Below are positions 49,756 through 52,013 of a stretch of 52,013 bases of DNA, one piece after another. This DNA comes from Patellaria atrata CBS 101060 (lineage: Eukaryota), in the NCBI GenBank assembly GCA_010093705.1, contig MU006107.1, positions 480,031-532,043 on the forward strand. The letters run 5' to 3'. Position numbers and translations under genes: made by a program. The notes beneath the pieces were generated by a model, which was given only the letters and a program-made list of their open reading frames with translations, did not search any database and was not told the origin of the DNA. Within the stretch, counting starts at the first letter, position 1, and every line of letters begins with the position of its first letter.

Positions 49756-50090
49756 CTACAATGCTTAAGTGTTTTAAGGTCTAAAACACTTTTTTTTTGG
49801 CGCCAAGATTCTGAAAACCGGGGGCTTAAAACACTTTCTTACTTTCAAAAGTGTTTTAAGGTCAAAATCTTCAGATATATTGCGATGCAAACCGATAGAA
49901 GGGTGCAATTGACCTAGGTGAATATTCTAATAAAGTCAGATTCGTTTATTAGCTAGTTTTTTGATGCTAGACTATCATGTTAACATATCAGGTTGGAATT
50001 CTTTGGATGAGGCAAATTTCCATCCGTGCGCACTGCCAAGGGCCTCCATCTCCTAGTCTAGGGGGAGAGCAAGCCTCCCTAGAAGTATTC

Positions 50091-50382
50091 TGTTAGATGG
50101 TGGAGCTATCGGGGTGTTGATTCTTGTGGTAACCAGGGGTAGTGAGCTAGTCGCTTATACCACCACAATTACGGTATCGTCGTAACCTAGGGTTTCTAAA
50201 CTAACATAACACTATCTTTTAGTTCTTGTGTTGGTGCTATTTTCGTTATTTTCTGAGACATAGATTTCATACTGTTCCGTCCGTTTTAGTACACACCTGC
50301 AGTATATAACAGCTAGATAGAACCTCTCTTTTGAGAATCAAGCGACATATTCCATGCACCTGCAGATCCAGTTTATCTAACA
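50091..50382 (+). mobile_element. 292-bp TGTTAGAT...ATCTAACA element flanked by a 17-bp direct duplication
   Basis: CCTCCCTAGAAGTATTC at 50074-50090 and 50383-50399; 8-bp terminal inverted repeat. Confidence 0.85.
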
Positions 50383-50462
50383 CCTCCCTAGAAGTATTCT
50401 CTCCCAGCGATCATGCCTCTACGGAGCAGTTAGCAAGAAAATCAGTCAGAGTTATCATCATC

Positions 50463-52013
50463 ATGGATCAGTTCAACCAGCTTTTCGACTATGCATCAAG
50501 ATACGGCATTATAATCTGCAGAGAGTGTCGGATTGGCTGTTTACTGACGCAGTGTAGTACACATCTAGCAGCAAGGCATGCGCACTTGACCGCAAGAAGC
50601 AGGAGAGAGATGGTCCAGTTTGCGGCCGGCATCAAAGGATTTGCGATGACAGAAGATCAGGTGGTCTGGCCAGTGTCAGGTTCAGATCCGATCCCAGGAT
50701 TAGCAATCTACAAGGATGGGCTCAGATGTACAGCAAAAGCAACAACAGAGGGACTGAAGGAGTGCGGATATATCAACAGGGATATAAGAAATATGAAGAG
50801 CCACTGTCGCAAGGAACATGGATGGGTCAGCAAGCAGAGAGGACGACCAGCTGACGGTCTGCAGCCAGATGGAGAAAAGTCATGGATTCAAGGCATACAC
50901 TGCCAAAAGTTTGCAGGAGCCGGTAAGCTAGGAAAGCTGTTTGAGGTCAATAGCCAGGAGGAGGAGAAGAAGATGGATGCAGTAGGAAGAGGTGCACAAG
51001 AAGAGGAAGTTGAGATAAGCCAACAACTAGAAGAAATGTTCGCCAATATATCCAGCCAGTTGAAGAAGGCAGAGGAGAATTTATACTCGACCGTGGAACC
51101 GGATGAGAATAGGTTCATCCCCAACGCATGGCTAGACAGAACAGGATGGGCAAAGCATCTTTCCGCTTTTAATCGCGCCTGGTTACGCTCATTGGTCCAG
51201 AGGCCAAGGAGAAATGAGAGGGCATTGGCAAAGTTGTCTTGGGCAGTTGAGACGGTGATATATAAGGCTCAAAAGTCATCAACAACCAAGGTGATGGGAT
51301 TAGCATCTATGAATTATATTAATAGAAGGGAGGCGGGTAATGATAGCAACGAGAAGCCGTTAAACACACGCCAGACAGGCTTAACGATGATCAGGTATAG
51401 CCGGGTCTGGGTTGGTCTGATTGGCTATATCTGGCGGACGTTCAAGCTGGAGGCAGTGTTGCCAGCAGCTGGCAATGGAGGTATAGTAGAAGAGGACGAG
51501 GAGGGGGAAGGCTGGGAGGAGGTTACTCAGAAGAGACCAATGTACCAGCTAACAGCCAGGCAACAGGAATGCCTATCAAGGATTATAGACATAGTTGGAG
51601 AGGATAAAGACGAGGATGATAGTGAGGGAATGCAAGAAGAGGAAGAAGAAGCATACAATAGACTATCAATAGTAGAAGAGAGTGAGTATTATAGTAAGGC
51701 TGGTGAGTATAATATAGAAGACATGTTAGAAGACGAGGAAGAAGCTCAGCTAGAGAATAAGGTGTTAGCATTTCTACTATCCCTATTAGATCACCAGCTG
51801 AAGGATAACGAGTATCAAAGCGTACTCATCAGCGCTGCAGCTGTATTCGGTGTGGATGTCAACCAAGGCTGGAAAAGCGTGCTGGCATACACACCTGTGC
51901 TCTCAGCAATCATCACGGTGGCCAGAATGCTGGTTCTTTACCAGGCAAGACTGACCAGGATCCGGAATATAGAGGAGATAATGGAGAGGGATGGGATTGA
52001 GGAAGGGGAGACA
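50463..52013 (+). CDS. Second DUF3505-type paralog, N-terminal about 517 codons, open to the window end (absent from the ORF track because it has no stop)
   Basis: MDQFNQLF...ICREC..H...HCRKEHGW...HCQKFAGAGKLGKLFEV...NAWLDRTGW...NEKPL...LLDHQLKD...LSAIITVARMLV aligns with the 46477 protein. Confidence 0.88.
   Translation, partial: MDQFNQLFDYASRYGIIICRECRIGCLLTQCSTHLAARHAHLTARSRREMVQFAAGIKGFAMTEDQVVWPVSGSDPIPGLAIYKDGLRCTAKATTEGLKECGYINRDIRNMKSHCRKEHGWVSKQRGRPADGLQPDGEKSWIQGIHCQKFAGAGKLGKLFEVNSQEEEKKMDAVGRGAQEEEVEISQQLEEMFANISSQLKKAEENLYSTVEPDENRFIPNAWLDRTGWAKHLSAFNRAWLRSLVQRPRRNERALAKLSWAVETVIYKAQKSSTTKVMGLASMNYINRREAGNDSNEKPLNTRQTGLTMIRYSRVWVGLIGYIWRTFKLEAVLPAAGNGGIVEEDEEGEGWEEVTQKRPMYQLTARQQECLSRIIDIVGEDKDEDDSEGMQEEEEEAYNRLSIVEESEYYSKAGEYNIEDMLEDEEEAQLENKVLAFLLSLLDHQLKDNEYQSVLISAAAVFGVDVNQGWKSVLAYTPVLSAIITVARMLVLYQARLTRIRNIEEIMERDGIEEGET

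Larger units (their letters stand above)
49752..52013 (+). mobile_element. Putative YR-helicase element copy 2, nested in copy 1, running off the window
   Basis: Terminus CTAACTACAATGCTTAA with AAGTGTTTTA inverted repeats, followed by a paralogous ORF. Confidence 0.7.

Noticed and set aside
43992..49760. True telomere or interstitial telomeric array
   Set aside because: Only single CCTAAC/CCCTAA units occur; there is no tandem (CCCTAA)n.
43992..49760. CTAAC motifs as intron branch points
   Set aside because: Similarity extends well beyond CTAAC into colinear palindromic ends, and no matching donor/acceptor pair restores a reading frame.
1..52013. tRNA or rRNA genes
   Set aside because: No cloverleaf or rRNA-like sequence recognised by eye; tRNAscan-SE or Infernal would be needed to exclude them.

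Overview
This is fungal (filamentous ascomycete, Pezizomycotina-type) genomic DNA with GT-AG introns, CTAAC branch points and RIP-like mutation. The window has two compartments. The core part (1 to about 23.1 kb) carries a P/Q-rich conserved protein, a TBC-domain Rab-GAP, an AlkB/GRF-zinc-finger dioxygenase, PEX7, the CHL1 helicase, a mitochondrial carrier and a Gbp2/Hrb1-like SR-RRM protein. The accessory, repeat-rich part (about 24-52 kb) carries two AA9 LPMOs, HeLo-like and dynamin pseudogenes, a PD-(D/E)XK nuclease-like gene, a RIP-damaged pogo/Fot1 transposon, LINE and LTR-retrotransposon remnants and several solo LTRs. The main observation is at 44-52 kb. Two divergent copies of a large telomere-linked-helicase-type gene are nested one inside the other: copy 1 shows a DUF3505-like Zn finger, a tyrosine-recombinase-like catalytic motif set and the start of a RecQ helicase, while only the N-terminal half of copy 2 is in the window. 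A shared terminus, CTAACYRYAATSCYTAA, occurs four times in the same orientation and each time cuts an unrelated host sequence. In three cases it is followed by the same two-palindrome architecture built from a different repeat unit. This looks like a family of tyrosine-recombinase/helicase mobile elements with copy-specific end-binding sites. All family assignments are from motif recognition by eye; no database search was run.
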